Shown: one piece after another, positions 42,893 through 55,285 of the stretch
Layout: each line of letters begins with the position of its first letter
How positions within the stretch are numbered: the first letter of the stretch is position 1
Assembly (NCBI GenBank): GCA_031416075.1
Contig: JANOSY010000043.1
Coordinates: 1-64,000 of the forward strand
Length of the DNA: 64,000 nucleotides
Reading direction: 5' to 3'
Origin: Candidatus Tenderia sp.
GTDB lineage: Bacteria > Pseudomonadota > Gammaproteobacteria > Tenderiales > Tenderiaceae
Position numbers and translations under genes: made by a program
The notes under the pieces: generated by a model
Databases searched by the model: none
The model's input: the letters and a program-made list of their open reading frames with translations, nothing else
Told to the model about the DNA's origin: nothing

Positions 42893-43381
42893 TTAACGGT
42901 AAGGTGCATCTTCGGCACGGTCCGCAGCAATCTGCGATTCAAGACGATCACCCACAACCAACAATTTATCTTTGGTCATGATCTGCTCACCACGCTTTTC
43001 AAAGTGATACTCAAATTCCCGTGTCTCAACAATGGCATCCACAGGACACGCCTCCTCACATAGCCCACAATAGACGCACTTAAAAAGATCAATGTCATAA
43101 CGGGTAGTGCGGCGCGTACCATCATCACGCTGGTCAGATTCGATGGTAATGGCAAGCGCTGGGCAGGTCGCTTCACACAGCTTACATGCAATACAGCGCT
43201 CTTCACCATTAGGATAACGCCGCAAAGCGTGCAGACCCCGGAAGCGGGCCGACTGCGGTGTTTTCTCTTCTGGATACTGTACCGTAATCTTTCTTGCAAA
43301 GAAGTACTTGCCTGTCAATTTCAGACCCAGCAACAACTCCCACAACATAAAGCTCTTAACATAGTGGCGCATCATATTCAT
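42893..43381 (-). CDS. nuoI: NADH-quinone oxidoreductase subunit I
   Basis: Two CxxCxxCxxxCP ferredoxin motifs; RFRGLH. Confidence 0.97.
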   Translation of the reverse strand: MNMMRHYVKSFMLWELLLGLKLTGKYFFARKITVQYPEEKTPQSARFRGLHALRRYPNGEERCIACKLCEATCPALAITIESDQRDDGTRRTTRYDIDLFKCVYCGLCEEACPVDAIVETREFEYHFEKRGEQIMTKDKLLVVGDRLESQIAADRAEDAPYR

Positions 43382-43398
43382 ATCAGGCCGCTCCTTAC

Positions 43399-44463
43399 TT
43401 AATCGAACCAGGGGCCAACTTGACCCATAATGAACAGGCCAACCACCACTATCCAGACAATGGTCACGGGTATAAAGACCTTCCAGCCCAAACGCATGAT
43501 CTGGTCATAACGGTAACGTGGAAAAGTCGCCCGGAACCACAAAAACAGAAACAAGAAAAACGCTGTTTTAAGCAATAACCATACGATTCCCGGCACCCAC
43601 GAGAATAGAGGCCCAAGGACTGGAATACCCTCAAACGGCGAAAGCCAACCGCCCATAAACATAATGGACGTCAGCACCGCAATCAGAATCATATTGGCAT
43701 ATTCCGCCAGGAAAAATACCGCAAAGGTCATTCCTGAATATTCAACATGAAAACCAGCCACGATTTCAGACTCACCCTCAGCAACATCAAACGGGGCGCG
43801 GTTGGTCTCAGCAACACCAGAGATAAAATAGACTATAAACAAGGGCAGTAGCGGCAGCATAAACCAGTTAACAATACCCCACTCCCCTTTTTGCGCCAGC
43901 ACAATCTCCTGTAGATTCAAGCTGCCCGCCGCCATCAATACACCGACCAAGGCAAAACCCATGGCAATTTCATATGAAACAACCTGTGCTGAAGAACGTA
44001 ATGCCCCCAGAAACGCGTATTTTGAGTTAGAGGACCAACCCGCAATAATGACACCATAGACACCCATGGAGGTCATGGCCAAAATATACAGCAGACCCGC
44101 ATCCACGTTAGCCAGCACCATTCCCTCATCAAAGGGGATAACAGCCCAGGCTGCCAATGCTGGTCCCAGCGTAAGAATCGGCCCCAGAATAAAAAGAATC
44201 CGGTTGGAGTTGGTCGGGATAATGATCTCTTTGAGAGCCAGCTTCAATCCGTCGGCAATCGGCTGCAATAGACCTTTAGGACCAACTCGATTAGGGCCAA
44301 TACGTACCTGTATGTAACCAATCACCTTACGTTCAGCCAAGGTCAAATAGGCAACAGAAAGCATGATGGGAACCACAATAGCCACAATTTTGACAACCGT
44401 CAAAATAATTGTCTGCAACAGCTCTGGGAGCTGGTTCCACATTGTCAGCAAAGCATCAATCAT
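43399..44463 (-). CDS. nuoH: NADH-quinone oxidoreductase subunit H
   Basis: [29 protein letters not shown]. Confidence 0.97.
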   Translation of the reverse strand: MIDALLTMWNQLPELLQTIILTVVKIVAIVVPIMLSVAYLTLAERKVIGYIQVRIGPNRVGPKGLLQPIADGLKLALKEIIIPTNSNRILFILGPILTLGPALAAWAVIPFDEGMVLANVDAGLLYILAMTSMGVYGVIIAGWSSNSKYAFLGALRSSAQVVSYEIAMGFALVGVLMAAGSLNLQEIVLAQKGEWGIVNWFMLPLLPLFIVYFISGVAETNRAPFDVAEGESEIVAGFHVEYSGMTFAVFFLAEYANMILIAVLTSIMFMGGWLSPFEGIPVLGPLFSWVPGIVWLLLKTAFFLFLFLWFRATFPRYRYDQIMRLGWKVFIPVTIVWIVVVGLFIMGQVGPWFD

Positions 44464-44488
44464 TCTTTATATTCTCGTCTTCGCTCTT

Positions 44489-46849
44489 TTACACAGGTTT
44501 AATAACGATGGCCGCCGCATTAACACCAAAACCGGCCACGCCCGGCAGACCGGCAGGCAGCCAAACGGCACCATCAGCGACACGATTGTCGATCGTCAGT
44601 GGCAGTACACAGCACTCATCACCCTGACGTATCTCTACATTCACCGCATCCCCTACCCCCAACGCAGAAGCCACATTGGCATTAATACGCACAGTGGCGG
44701 CATCGCCATGGACCGTCGCCTGCAGAGCAGGGGCACGACGAACTGTGGCATCAGCAGCATAGGCAGCCAGCTCAGCAATACGTACCAGCGCGCTGCTTTT
44801 GTCAGTCAACGCTGCTGGAGCAATCCATCCGGTTGACTCAAAGGTCGCGCCTTTAACAAGCGCCTTGAGTTCATCACGCACCTCTTCTGAAGAGATATAT
44901 TCAAAACCATCCACTTCAAACAAATTACCTAACACACGTAATACTTTCCAGGCTGGACGGGTCTCACCCAGAGGTTTTATTGCCCCATTAAAACTTTGCC
45001 AGCAACCCTCTACATTGACGTATGTGCCCGATGTCTCTGTGAACGGAGCAACAGGTAGAATCACATCAGAATAGGTCAGCGCTACATCGTTTTTATATGC
45101 TGACAAAGTAACAACAAAGTCCGCACCATTAAGGGAATTCAACGCAACCGATGGGATGGCTGTATCAAACTCAGGCTCAACACCCAACAACAGATAACCC
45201 GCCAGTTTTTCTTTCAACATTGCAGCTGCATTTAAACCAAAAGTCTCGCCTTTTCCAGCAGCGGCGCGATACGGTAACACGCCCGCCAAATAACCACCCG
45301 CACTGTTTGCGCCAGTAGTCAAAGAGCCAAAAGTTGCCCCACTCATCGTGGCAATCGCCTGTGCTAAAGCACGAAGCACCGCCGCATTAGGCAGTGACTC
45401 TGCATACGAACCAAGCAGTACTGTCGATTTTGTGGATGTTTTTAACGCAACCGCCATCTGGCGCGCAGCATCGCTCACTTCAACATCAGCAAATAGTTTT
45501 TCAAGCCCCAAAGGTGCGGTGATACCCGATTCCTGTAACGCCTTGGCTATTGCCACCAGCACATCTTCCATATCAAGAGGAGCTGTAATAGTTTTAGCAT
45601 GAACCTTAAAAGTGAAATCATAATCAACAGGATTAACAAACATCACTTTGGCACCATTCATAGCGGCTTTACGAACCCGCAAACCAATAATGGGCTGTTC
45701 CATACGCACATTAGAACCAATGAATAACGCCGCGTTTAAAGTATCAATATCGGCAATGGAGTGGCCTAGCGCCGGATAAAGTGGCATTTGTTCCTGGTCT
45801 GAGAAATCCTGCTGCTGCAGACGAAAATCAACATTGACACTACCCAAACCACGTACCAACTTCTGCAACAGGTACATCTCTTCTGTCGTAGCACTCGCAG
45901 TGCAGAGCGCACCCAGCTGTGTAGCGCCTTTACTATCCACCACACTTTTCAAACCATTGACTGCAAACTCCAGTGCCGTCTGCCAGTCACACTCTACCCA
46001 ATCATCACCGTGTTTAATCATCGGCACAGCTATTCGCTCAGGACTATTCACACCTTCATAACTAAAACGATCACGATCAGAGAGCCAAGTCTCATTCAGC
46101 GACTCATTCTCTTCTGGAACAACACGGCGCACTTGACCACGCAACGACTCAATGTGGATATTGGAGCCAACACAATCGTGGGGAGCAATAGAACTCACTT
46201 TATCCATCTCCCAACCACGGGCATGAAAACGGAAAGGCTTGGATGTTAATGCACCCACCGGGCAGAGATCGATGATGTTGCCGGAGAGTTCAGAGGTCAT
46301 CGCCTTAGCAACGTAGGTACCAATCTGCATATGTTCACCACGCCCGGTAGCACCCAGCTCACGGATGCCGGCAATCTCCTGACCAAAACGGACACAGCGG
46401 GTACAGTGGATACAGCGAGTCATATCGGTTGCAACCAACGGGCCGATATTCTTATCCTTCACAACACGCTTCTGCTCACTGTATTCAGAGTGCGAGCTAC
46501 CGTATCCCATCGCCAGGTCCTGCAGGTCGCACTCACCCCCTTGATCACAAATTGGGCAATCGAGCGGATGATTGATCAGAAGAAACTCCATGACCCCCTT
46601 CTGGGCAGCCACCGCTTTTCTGGAACGGGTATAGACCTTCATGCCATCGGTAATGGGTGTGGCACAAGCAGGCAACGGCTTAGCGGCTTTTTCCACCTCC
46701 ACCAGACACATCCGGCAGTTAGCGGCAACAGAGAGTTTTTTGTGGTAACAAAAACGGGGGATGGGGATTCCTGCGTCATCGGCGGCTTCAATAATCATTG
46801 AGCCATCTTTAGCATCGATTGTCCTGCCGTCGATCTCTATTTTTACCAT
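44489..46849 (-). CDS. nuoG: NADH-quinone oxidoreductase subunit G
   Basis: PRFCYH, CRMC, HPLDCPICDQGGEC, CIHCTRC; start moved to MVKIEIDG. Confidence 0.97.
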   Translation of the reverse strand: MVKIEIDGRTIDAKDGSMIIEAADDAGIPIPRFCYHKKLSVAANCRMCLVEVEKAAKPLPACATPITDGMKVYTRSRKAVAAQKGVMEFLLINHPLDCPICDQGGECDLQDLAMGYGSSHSEYSEQKRVVKDKNIGPLVATDMTRCIHCTRCVRFGQEIAGIRELGATGRGEHMQIGTYVAKAMTSELSGNIIDLCPVGALTSKPFRFHARGWEMDKVSSIAPHDCVGSNIHIESLRGQVRRVVPEENESLNETWLSDRDRFSYEGVNSPERIAVPMIKHGDDWVECDWQTALEFAVNGLKSVVDSKGATQLGALCTASATTEEMYLLQKLVRGLGSVNVDFRLQQQDFSDQEQMPLYPALGHSIADIDTLNAALFIGSNVRMEQPIIGLRVRKAAMNGAKVMFVNPVDYDFTFKVHAKTITAPLDMEDVLVAIAKALQESGITAPLGLEKLFADVEVSDAARQMAVALKTSTKSTVLLGSYAESLPNAAVLRALAQAIATMSGATFGSLTTGANSAGGYLAGVLPYRAAAGKGETFGLNAAAMLKEKLAGYLLLGVEPEFDTAIPSVALNSLNGADFVVTLSAYKNDVALTYSDVILPVAPFTETSGTYVNVEGCWQSFNGAIKPLGETRPAWKVLRVLGNLFEVDGFEYISSEEVRDELKALVKGATFESTGWIAPAALTDKSSALVRIAELAAYAADATVRRAPALQATVHGDAATVRINANVASALGVGDAVNVEIRQGDECCVLPLTIDNRVADGAVWLPAGLPGVAGFGVNAAAIVIKPV

Positions 46850-46927
46850 CTGGCGTCCCGTTACCCTTATCTGATTCAACACATTCAATTCACTGAGTTA
46901 AGCCACACTAGCCTGCACAACTCGAGG

Positions 46928-48193
46928 TCAAACCATACATTTGCCGTGGTCGATATGATATTGAAACTCATCGCGGAAATGTTTGATAAAACTCGCTACT
47001 GGCATGGCCGCAGCATCACCGAGCGCACATATAGTTCGCCCCATAATCTTCGCTGCAACGTCATCAAGCTTGTCAAGATCATCCTGCCTGCCATGCCCAT
47101 GTTCAATACGATGCACAACACGCGACAGCCAACCCGTGCCTTCGCGACACGGCGTACACTGGCCACAGGACTCTTCATAATAAAAGTGCGAGAGCCTGGA
47201 CAACGCCTTAACCATGCACATACTGTCATCGATGACAATAACCGAACCCGCCCCCAGCATGGAGCCCGCTTTGCTAATGGAATCATAATCCATCGTCAAA
47301 TCCATCATAATATGTGCGGGCAACACCGGTGTTGAAGAGCCGCCCGGTATAACCGCCTTAAGTTTATGCCCCGTCCGAACACCTCCCGCCATCTCTAACA
47401 TTTCTGCAAAAGGGGTTCCCATCGGAATCTCATAATTACCTGGTTTATTCACGTGGCCAGTCACTGAAAACAGTTTGGGGCCACCATTATTGGGCTTGCC
47501 AATCTCCAAAAACCATTGACCACCGTTGGCGAGTATCTGCGGGATTGATGCCAGCGTTTCAGTATTATTAATCGTCGTCGGACGACCATAAAGCCCATAA
47601 CTGGCGGGGAACGGCGGCTTAAAACGGGGCTGCCCTTTTTTGCCTTCTAATGACTCCAGCAGCGCAGTCTCTTCACCACAGATGTAAGCCCCTGCGCCCA
47701 GATGTGTATCGAGATCAAAATCGATACCGCTGCCCATGATATTTTTACCCAGAAGTCCGGCGGCACGCGCATCTTCAATAGCACTCTGAAAACGCTCATA
47801 GGGCTCCCAGAATTCACCACGAATGTAGTTATAACCTTTGGTAGCACCGATGGTGTAACCAGCAATCGCCATGCCTTCAATCAGCTGATGGGGGTTAAAA
47901 CGAAGTATGTCGCGATCTTTACAGGTACCCGGCTCACCTTCATCAGAGTTACAGACAATATATTTCTGGCCCGCTGAGTTACGAGGCATAAAACTCCACT
48001 TGAGCCCCGTAGGGAAACCCGCACCACCACGACCACGCAGCGCCGATATTTTCACCTGATCGATGATCGTTTCAGCAGGCGTTTTCTCTTTAAGAATTTT
48101 TCTCCACTGCTCATAACCACCCGTACTCTGGTAGACATCCAATGTCCAGGGTTTATCAAGATGATTATTGCGAAAACAGATTTCATTGGCCAT
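46928..48193 (-). CDS. nuoF: NADH-quinone oxidoreductase subunit F
   Basis: [30 protein letters not shown]. Confidence 0.97.
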   Translation of the reverse strand: MANEICFRNNHLDKPWTLDVYQSTGGYEQWRKILKEKTPAETIIDQVKISALRGRGGAGFPTGLKWSFMPRNSAGQKYIVCNSDEGEPGTCKDRDILRFNPHQLIEGMAIAGYTIGATKGYNYIRGEFWEPYERFQSAIEDARAAGLLGKNIMGSGIDFDLDTHLGAGAYICGEETALLESLEGKKGQPRFKPPFPASYGLYGRPTTINNTETLASIPQILANGGQWFLEIGKPNNGGPKLFSVTGHVNKPGNYEIPMGTPFAEMLEMAGGVRTGHKLKAVIPGGSSTPVLPAHIMMDLTMDYDSISKAGSMLGAGSVIVIDDSMCMVKALSRLSHFYYEESCGQCTPCREGTGWLSRVVHRIEHGHGRQDDLDKLDDVAAKIMGRTICALGDAAAMPVASFIKHFRDEFQYHIDHGKCMV

Positions 48194-48199
48194 AAGATT

Positions 48200-48706
48200 C
48201 TACTCGAGACTATCCAAAATGGAGTCTATCTTCTCCGGTGTCAGATCTTCGTAATATACCCGTCCAATCTGCATCATTGGCGCACCGGCGCAAGCACCCA
48301 AGCACTCCACCTCTTTCATGCTGAACTTACCATCAGCACTCATCTCGCCAAACTTGATACCCAATCGCTTTTGCAGATGGTCTACCACTTCCTCTGAACC
48401 GCGCAACAGACATGAAATATTGGTACAAACACACACCTTATGACGCCCCACAGGTTTAAGCTCATACATCGAGTAAAATGTGGCCACTTCGTAAACAGCA
48501 ATCGCAGGCATCTCCAGATACTCTGCCACTGCATCCATCAAATCATTCGTCAACCAGCCACCATTTTGATCTTGCAGAATTCGCAAAGCAGCCATAGACG
48601 CAGACTGCTTCTGATCAGCCGGATACTTGGCAATCCACATATCAATTTCAGCGCGGGACGCCGGGGTGATCAAATCCAGTTTACTTTGGGACATCTGTTG
48701 GGACAT
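48200..48706 (-). CDS. nuoE: NADH-quinone oxidoreductase subunit E
   Basis: VATFY, CTNISC, ECLGAC. Confidence 0.96.
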   Translation of the reverse strand: MSQQMSQSKLDLITPASRAEIDMWIAKYPADQKQSASMAALRILQDQNGGWLTNDLMDAVAEYLEMPAIAVYEVATFYSMYELKPVGRHKVCVCTNISCLLRGSEEVVDHLQKRLGIKFGEMSADGKFSMKEVECLGACAGAPMMQIGRVYYEDLTPEKIDSILDSLE

Positions 48707-49959
48707 CAGCGATCCACCTCTCCAAACACGATATCTTGTGTACCGATAATTGTGACAACATCAGCAATCATATGGCCGCGGGACATCTCATCCAGACCAG
48801 CCATATGAGCAAACCCGGGCGCTCTAATCTTCATGCGATACGGTTTATTAGCGCCGTCGGAGACCAGGTAGACACCAAACTCTCCCTTTGGATGTTCAAC
48901 TGCCGCATACGCCTCACCCACCGGCAGACAATACCCTTCGGTATAAAGCTTAAAGTGGTGAATCAACGCCTCCATATCGCCCTTCATAAGCTCGCGGTTT
49001 GGTGCAGACACCTTGTAATTATCCACCTTCACTGGACCAGGATTTTTACGCAACCAATCAACACACTGCTTGATAATATGGTTAGATTGACGCATCTCTT
49101 CAACACGCACCAAATAACGATCGTAGCTGTCACCTTCAACACCCACTGGAATATCAAAATCAAGACGGTCATACACTTCGTAAGGCTGCTTTTTACGCAG
49201 ATCCCACTCAATGCCAGAACCGCGCAACATTGGGCCAGTAAACCCCATCTGCAAAGCACGCTCCGGAGAGACAACACCAATACCTACCGTGCGCTGCTTC
49301 CAGATACGATTATCTGTCAGGAGTGTTTCATACTCATCCACGTACGTTGGAAAACGTTGCGTAAAGTCATCAATAAAGTCGAGCAACGAACCCTGCCGAT
49401 TACGGTTCATGCGATCCACATCACGGGCATTATGCCACTTGGATGGCTGATAATGAGGCATCCGATCCGGCAAATCACGTGCTACACCGCCTGGACGATA
49501 ATAGGTAGCATGCATGCGCGCGCCCGAAACAGCTTCGTAGGCGTCGAGCAGATCCTCACGTTCACGGAAGGCATACAAAAAGACCGTCATCGCGCCAATA
49601 TCAAGTGCATGGGCACCTAGCCAGAGCAGATGATTGAGAATACGGGTCATCTCATCAAACATGACACGAATGTATTGGGCGCGCAGCGGAATCTCCATGC
49701 CAAGAAGTTTTTCAATGGCCAATACATAACCATGCTCATTGCACATCATGGAGACATAATCGAGACGGTCCATATAACCAATGTTTTGATTATATGGCTT
49801 GCCTTCAGCAAGCTTTTCGGTAGCGCGGTGCAAAAGGCCGATATGCGGATCCGCGCGCTCAATCACCTCGCCATCAAGCTCCAACACCAGACGCAGCACT
49901 CCATGCGCTGATGGATGCTGCGGACCAAAGTTCATAGTGTAATTACGAATTTCAGCCAC
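48706..49959 (-). CDS. nuoD: NADH-quinone oxidoreductase subunit D
   Basis: [23 protein letters not shown]. Confidence 0.97.
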   Translation of the reverse strand: MAEIRNYTMNFGPQHPSAHGVLRLVLELDGEVIERADPHIGLLHRATEKLAEGKPYNQNIGYMDRLDYVSMMCNEHGYVLAIEKLLGMEIPLRAQYIRVMFDEMTRILNHLLWLGAHALDIGAMTVFLYAFREREDLLDAYEAVSGARMHATYYRPGGVARDLPDRMPHYQPSKWHNARDVDRMNRNRQGSLLDFIDDFTQRFPTYVDEYETLLTDNRIWKQRTVGIGVVSPERALQMGFTGPMLRGSGIEWDLRKKQPYEVYDRLDFDIPVGVEGDSYDRYLVRVEEMRQSNHIIKQCVDWLRKNPGPVKVDNYKVSAPNRELMKGDMEALIHHFKLYTEGYCLPVGEAYAAVEHPKGEFGVYLVSDGANKPYRMKIRAPGFAHMAGLDEMSRGHMIADVVTIIGTQDIVFGEVDR

Positions 49960-49961
49960 GA

Positions 49962-50570
49962 TTATCTACCCTTTGCCATTTTTTCGTAACGGTTATCATC
50001 ACGAATCACACGCGGGACATTAACGCGCAACTCTATTGATACCGGCTCATACACAACACGTTTACGTTCAGGGTCATAGCGCATTTCCACATGACCTATC
50101 AACGGAAAGTCCTTTCGGAAAGGATGGCCAATAAAGCCATAATCAGTCAAGAGCCTGCGTAAATCAGGATGATCCTCAAAGAGTATGCCAAACAGGTCAA
50201 ACGCCTCACGTTCATACCAATTTGCGGCGCTCCATATGTTAACAACCGAGCTGATCTTAGGCTCGTCATCATCCACAAAAGCACGCACCCTCAAACGCAC
50301 ATTATTCTTGATAGAGAGCAGGTGGTAGACAACAGCAAAACGTGATCCCTGCCAGCGGCTAGAGCCATATTCAAGGTAATCCACACCACAAAGGTCTATC
50401 AGCTGCTCAAAATGAAAATCAGGATCATCACGCAGGAGAGTGCATACATCAACCACTTGGGCGGCGGAAATCTCAACAGTGACCTCATCTACCGCGACAC
50501 GGCAGTTCTGCAAAACCTCGCCAAAACGGGCGTGAAGGGATTCAACCAATTTCTCAAGCGTAATAGACAT
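49962..50570 (-). CDS. nuoC: NADH-quinone oxidoreductase subunit C
   Basis: [30 protein letters not shown]. Confidence 0.96.
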   Translation of the reverse strand: MSITLEKLVESLHARFGEVLQNCRVAVDEVTVEISAAQVVDVCTLLRDDPDFHFEQLIDLCGVDYLEYGSSRWQGSRFAVVYHLLSIKNNVRLRVRAFVDDDEPKISSVVNIWSAANWYEREAFDLFGILFEDHPDLRRLLTDYGFIGHPFRKDFPLIGHVEMRYDPERKRVVYEPVSIELRVNVPRVIRDDNRYEKMAKGR

Positions 50571-50580
50571 TAATCAACTC

Positions 50581-51057
50581 TCAACGCGCAATGGTATTAG
50601 TACGGCGAATTTTATTCTGCAACTGAATTATCCCGTAGAGCAGGGCTTCTGCCGTTGGGGGACAACCCGGCACATAAATATCCACAGGCACAATCCTGTC
50701 GCAACCGCGAACCACAGCATAAGAGTAATGGTAGTATCCGCCACCATTAGCGCATGATCCCATGGAGATAACCCAACGCGGTTCCGACATCTGGTCATAC
50801 ACCTTACGTAGCGCAGGTGCCATTTTATTGACCAGCGTCCCGGCCACAATCATCACATCTGACTGACGGGGACTGGGACGAAAAACCACACCAAAACGAT
50901 CCAGATCGTAACGGGCTGCACCGGCATGCATCATTTCAACGGCACAACAGGCCAAACCAAATGTCATTGGCCAAAGCGAACCTGTACGCGCCCAGTTAAT
51001 AAGCTTGTCGGCAGTTGTGGTAACAACCCCCTTCTCGAGAATGCCTTCTATTCCCAC
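50581..51057 (-). CDS. nuoB: NADH-quinone oxidoreductase subunit B
   Basis: [21 protein letters not shown]; GTG start overlapping the nuoA end. Confidence 0.96.
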   Translation of the reverse strand: MGIEGILEKGVVTTTADKLINWARTGSLWPMTFGLACCAVEMMHAGAARYDLDRFGVVFRPSPRQSDVMIVAGTLVNKMAPALRKVYDQMSEPRWVISMGSCANGGGYYHYSYAVVRGCDRIVPVDIYVPGCPPTAEALLYGIIQLQNKIRRTNTIAR

Positions 51058-51404
51058 TCCAAAGCCCCTTTTTTCCACTCATATATAAAGCCTACAACCA
51101 GAATACCAAGAAACACCATCATGGAGAGAAAGCCAAACATCCCGATCTCCTTAAGCACCACTGCCCAAGGAAAGAGAAAAGCAATTTCGAGATCAAATAT
51201 TATGAAAAGAATAGCAACTAGGTAGTAGCGCACATCAAACTTCATGCGCGAATCCTCAAACGCCTCAAAACCGCACTCATACGGCGACAGCTTTGCACTG
51301 TCTGGACGATGGGGTGCCAACACAAAACCGGCAACAACAGGTCCCACACCAAATAAAATGGCTAGTACGAGGAAGATCAAAACCGGCAAGTAATTCTCTA
51401 ACAT
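51048..51404 (-). CDS. nuoA: NADH-quinone oxidoreductase subunit A
   Basis: [18 protein letters not shown]. Confidence 0.96.
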   Translation of the reverse strand: MLENYLPVLIFLVLAILFGVGPVVAGFVLAPHRPDSAKLSPYECGFEAFEDSRMKFDVRYYLVAILFIIFDLEIAFLFPWAVVLKEIGMFGFLSMMVFLGILVVGFIYEWKKGALEWE

Positions 51405-51663
51405 TTAAGTCGCCCTCCCATTACTCGACTCTTGATTAACTTCAAGACCGGAACATAAAAACCCAACAGACATGGCCGCTACTGTTATTTTATTTATAGC
51501 GTTGGAGGGGCAGTCTAGGCTAGTTATTCGCGCAGTGTCAACCCAAATAACCCGGATAGAAGCCGCTACATTCATGAGGTTAGCGATGTTTTTATTTTCG
51601 CACCACATCAAACAACACAAATTTATCATTTTTATTATTTAAGCAGTCTTGCTGCCTTTAATT

Positions 51664-51748
51664 TGGTGCCGATGGCCGGACTCGAACCGGCACAGCTTGC
51701 GCCACTACCCCCTCAAGATAGCGTGTCTACCAATTTCACCACATCGGC
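51664..51748 (-). tRNA. tRNA-Leu(GAG)
   Basis: GCCGATGTGGTGAAATTGGTAGACACG-CTATC-TT-GAG-GG-GGTAG...GGTTCGAGTCC...CACCA; long variable arm; canonical position after secG. Confidence 0.96.
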
Positions 51749-51770
51749 AATTCTTTACAAATCAAAAATC

Positions 51771-52097
51771 TTAATTGGCCGGAAGCACTGGCTTATCTGA
51801 CGGCAAATCCAGTGATGGCTTATCAGTCACTGATTGGGTCGACTCAATCACGCTCTTATGCTCCCCGCGATGCCCGCCTAAGTAACCCAACGTAAGGCTG
51901 GTCACAAAAAAGAGCGTCGCAACTAACGCTGTAGCGCGAGTCAAAAACGAAGCTGAACCCTGGCTACCAAACACAGTTGACGAGGCGCCGCTACCAAAAG
52001 CCGCACCCACATCTGCACCCTTACCGCGCTGAACAAGCACCAATACAATCAGTGCAATCGTCAACACAATATGAATCACAGTAAATACTGCAACCAT
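51771..52097 (-). CDS. secG: Preprotein translocase subunit SecG
   Basis: LVQRGKGADVGAAFGSGAS.TVFGSQGS..FLTR. Confidence 0.95.
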   Translation of the reverse strand: MVAVFTVIHIVLTIALIVLVLVQRGKGADVGAAFGSGASSTVFGSQGSASFLTRATALVATLFFVTSLTLGYLGGHRGEHKSVIESTQSVTDKPSLDLPSDKPVLPAN

Positions 52098-52128
52098 CAA
52101 ACCTTCCCCTGATTACCAGCCACAGCGC

Positions 52129-52881
52129 TTATGTTGCCGCCCTGCAAATTGTCAAAAATTCTTCAGCATCGAGCGAGGCACCGCCTATCAGCCCGCCATC
52201 GATGTCAACCTGGGCAAACAGCTCTTCAGCGTTCCCACCCTTCACGCTGCCACCGTAAAGGAGCTGGATTCTAGCAGCTAACGCGGGGGCTTTCATAGCT
52301 ATTCTTTGGCGAATAAACGCGTGCACGCTCTGAGCTTGCTCAGGTGTCGCCGTCATGCCCGTACCGATGGCCCACACCGGCTCATAGGCTATAACAGCAC
52401 TTTGCAACGCCGCCAGCCCGGCCTCGCTGCTTAACAGCGCATCAAGCTGGCAAGAGATGACCGCTTCGGTCGTGCCTTGCTCACGCTCCGCCAGCAGCTC
52501 GCCAATACACAGTATCGGGGTCAGGCCAGCTTTACTGGCAGCAACCACCTTTTCCGCCACAATCGCATCACTCTCCCCACACTGGGCGCGACGCTCTGAA
52601 TGGCCCAGAATGACGTACTTACAGCCGACATCCAGTAACATGCCAGCAGAGAGTTCACCCGTGTAGGCCCCCTCAACATGCTGTGACATATTCTGGGCAC
52701 CTAGAGAGACTGGCGAACCTCGCAACACCCTTTCCACCATCGGCAAATAGACAAATGGCGGACAAAGAACCACATCAGCGACGGATGACTTCAGCCCGAC
52801 TTTAATCGCACTCACTAAAGCCTCACCATCTGCCGCGTTACAGTTCATCTTCCAATTACCGGCGACTAGTGACTTACGCAT
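52129..52881 (-). CDS. tpiA: Triose-phosphate isomerase
   Basis: AGNWKM, GHSERR, AYEPVWAIGTG, YGGSV; start at MRKSLV. Confidence 0.97.
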   Translation of the reverse strand: MRKSLVAGNWKMNCNAADGEALVSAIKVGLKSSVADVVLCPPFVYLPMVERVLRGSPVSLGAQNMSQHVEGAYTGELSAGMLLDVGCKYVILGHSERRAQCGESDAIVAEKVVAASKAGLTPILCIGELLAEREQGTTEAVISCQLDALLSSEAGLAALQSAVIAYEPVWAIGTGMTATPEQAQSVHAFIRQRIAMKAPALAARIQLLYGGSVKGGNAEELFAQVDIDGGLIGGASLDAEEFLTICRAAT

Positions 52882-52992
52882 CCAACTTAACTCCGGGCTT
52901 TGAAAATAATGGTCCCAGATATTACAGAGCGGGAGCCAATAAATCAAACGTTTTTAAGCAGTTGGATGAGACATACTCAACCTGGATGTGCA

Positions 52993-54354
52993 TTATAGCT
53001 GTGCGTATGCAAGCTCAACCTGTCGTGCCAGATACTCAGCACATTGACGCACCAACTCACCACTTTGACCTTCTACCATCACCCTAATCACTGGTTCGGT
53101 ACCCGACGCCCGCAATAAAACACGGCCATTGCCGCTGAGCCGCAGGTCTACCTCTCGCAACGCATCATTCACAATAACCGATTTGGCATAATCAAACGGA
53201 CGTTCTGTACGAACATTGATCAGGGTTTGTGGGTATTTTTCCATTCCGGATTTTAATTCGCTCAAAGATTTACCTGACTCGACCACGGCAGCCAGCACCT
53301 GCAACGCAGCAACTATACCGTCTCCCGTGGTAGCATGGTCCAGACAAATAATATGGCCAGATGACTCTCCACCCAGCGCCAAATCGCCTTGCCGCAACAA
53401 ATCCATTACATAGCGATCCCCTACCGCAGCGCGATGCAATTCAATGCCTAACGTTCCCAGGGCATGCTCAAGCCCCAGGTTACTCATCACCGTCCCCACC
53501 ACTCCTCGTTTGAATCCGGGACGCCCCATTCTGGCGACCGCTATGATAAAGAGCAGCTCATCACCGTCGAGCACCTCTCCTTTATGATCAACCATAATCA
53601 ACCGGTCACCATCACCGTCAAGCGCAATGCCCAAATCAGCACGGTGATGAACAACCGCTGCCTGCAACAACTCTGGGTGAGTCGATCCACAGTTGTCATT
53701 AATATTTAAACCATTTGGCTCGGCACCAATGGAGATCACTTCCGCGCCCAACTCTTCAAGCACCAACGGGGCCATCCCGTACGTGGCACCATTCGCACAA
53801 TCCACCACTATTTTGAAGCCACTAAAAGAGAGTCGTGATGGAATGGTGCTCTTGCAAAACTCTATGTACCGGCCTGCCGCATCCACAACCCGTTCAGCCT
53901 TACCCAAGGCATCCGGTGCCACCGTCTCCATCGGCTTATCTAGCTCTGCTTCAATAGCAAGCTCAATGTCATCAGGTAGTTTGGTACCATCACCAGAGAA
54001 AAACTTTATCCCATTATCGTAATAGGGGTTATGGGAGGCGCTGATGACAATACCTGCGTCCGCACGAAACGTACGTGTAAGATAAGCAACCCCCGGCGTT
54101 GGCATCGGCCCCAGCAACAATATGTCCACACCCGCTGCAGATAGCCCTGCCTCCAATGCGGATTCAAACATATATCCGGAAATACGGGTATCTTTACCTA
54201 TCAACACCCTGCTCTGCCTGCCTTTGCCTTGTGCCAATACACGACCAGCCGCCCAGCCGAGCTTCATCACAAATTCTGGCGTAATAGGATACTGCCCCAC
54301 CTTTCCACGCACACCGTCAGTACCGAAGTATTTTCTTTTCCCCGACATACTCAC
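52993..54354 (-). CDS. glmM: Phosphoglucosamine mutase
   Basis: [34 protein letters not shown]. Confidence 0.97.
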   Translation of the reverse strand: MSMSGKRKYFGTDGVRGKVGQYPITPEFVMKLGWAAGRVLAQGKGRQSRVLIGKDTRISGYMFESALEAGLSAAGVDILLLGPMPTPGVAYLTRTFRADAGIVISASHNPYYDNGIKFFSGDGTKLPDDIELAIEAELDKPMETVAPDALGKAERVVDAAGRYIEFCKSTIPSRLSFSGFKIVVDCANGATYGMAPLVLEELGAEVISIGAEPNGLNINDNCGSTHPELLQAAVVHHRADLGIALDGDGDRLIMVDHKGEVLDGDELLFIIAVARMGRPGFKRGVVGTVMSNLGLEHALGTLGIELHRAAVGDRYVMDLLRQGDLALGGESSGHIICLDHATTGDGIVAALQVLAAVVESGKSLSELKSGMEKYPQTLINVRTERPFDYAKSVIVNDALREVDLRLSGNGRVLLRASGTEPVIRVMVEGQSGELVRQCAEYLARQVELAYAQL

Positions 54355-54372
54355 TACCTCGCACTCATATAT

Positions 54373-55194
54373 TTAAGGGTACTCATGTCCTGCATTCTGT
54401 ACGGCATGACAGAGCCTCATAATATCGACCGTTGCGGCCACATCATGCACACGAATAATAGCGGCACCGTGCCATAACGCCAGCGTTGCGGCTGCAAGAC
54501 TACCCATCAACCGCTCATTCACAGATTTATTCAACACAGCACCAATAAACGATTTACGCGACAACCCCACCAACATTGGCACACCTAACGTCTTGAAATG
54601 ACTCAACCCATTAAGCAGCATAAGATTATGCTTTGTCGTTTTACCAAAACCAAAACCGGGGTCGACTATAAGACGCTCCATTGGGATGCCCGCCTCAACA
54701 CATACACCAATACGCTGCCGTAAAAAATCAGCCACCTCTTCCACAACATCATCATAGACAGGCTGGTTTTGCATCGCATGCGGCTCACCCTGCATATGCA
54801 TCAAACAGACACGTACCTGAAGCTTCTGCGCCATCTCCAACGCACCGTCCTCACACAACGCACGTACATCATTAATGATTGTTGCACCTGCAGCTACGGC
54901 TGCGGCCATAACAGTCGGTTTGCTTGTATCAATCGAAACAACAACACTGAAACGGTTAGTAATAGCATCGACAATTGAGGCAGCCCGATCAATCTCCTCA
55001 GCCGCCGTCACAGGCAAAGCACCTGGGCGAGTTGATTCTGCACCCACATCGATAATGTCAGCACCTTCAGCAACCATCTGCTCCGCCCGCCTCAACGCTG
55101 CGTCCCGAAACATATAACGGCCACCATCAGAAAAAGAGTCAGGCGTGACGTTCAGAATACCCATCACTTCTGGAGGCGAAAACTCTCCCAGCAT
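54373..55194 (-). CDS. folP: Dihydropteroate synthase
   Basis: MGILNVTPDSFSDGG, DPGFGFGK, SRKSF, RVHDV. Confidence 0.96.
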   Translation of the reverse strand: MLGEFSPPEVMGILNVTPDSFSDGGRYMFRDAALRRAEQMVAEGADIIDVGAESTRPGALPVTAAEEIDRAASIVDAITNRFSVVVSIDTSKPTVMAAAVAAGATIINDVRALCEDGALEMAQKLQVRVCLMHMQGEPHAMQNQPVYDDVVEEVADFLRQRIGVCVEAGIPMERLIVDPGFGFGKTTKHNLMLLNGLSHFKTLGVPMLVGLSRKSFIGAVLNKSVNERLMGSLAAATLALWHGAAIIRVHDVAATVDIMRLCHAVQNAGHEYP

Positions 55195-55234
55195 CTAATA
55201 ATATCCTCAATCAATGCCAACTAGATCCACCAAG

Positions 55235-55263
55235 AAAAACGCCCTGCACAGGCAGGGCGTTTT
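55235..55263 (-). terminator. Rho-independent (bidirectional-type) terminator after ftsH
   Basis: AAAAACGCCCTGC-aca-G-GCAGGGCGTTTT. Confidence 0.85.
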
Positions 55264-55285
55264 AATAACAACCACAATCAAACCA

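Noticed and set aside
51405-51770. tRNA-Leu as an island integration site, or an ncRNA upstream of nuoA
   Set aside because: No integrase, no duplicated tRNA 3' end and no recognisable RNA motif; it looks like an ordinary promoter region
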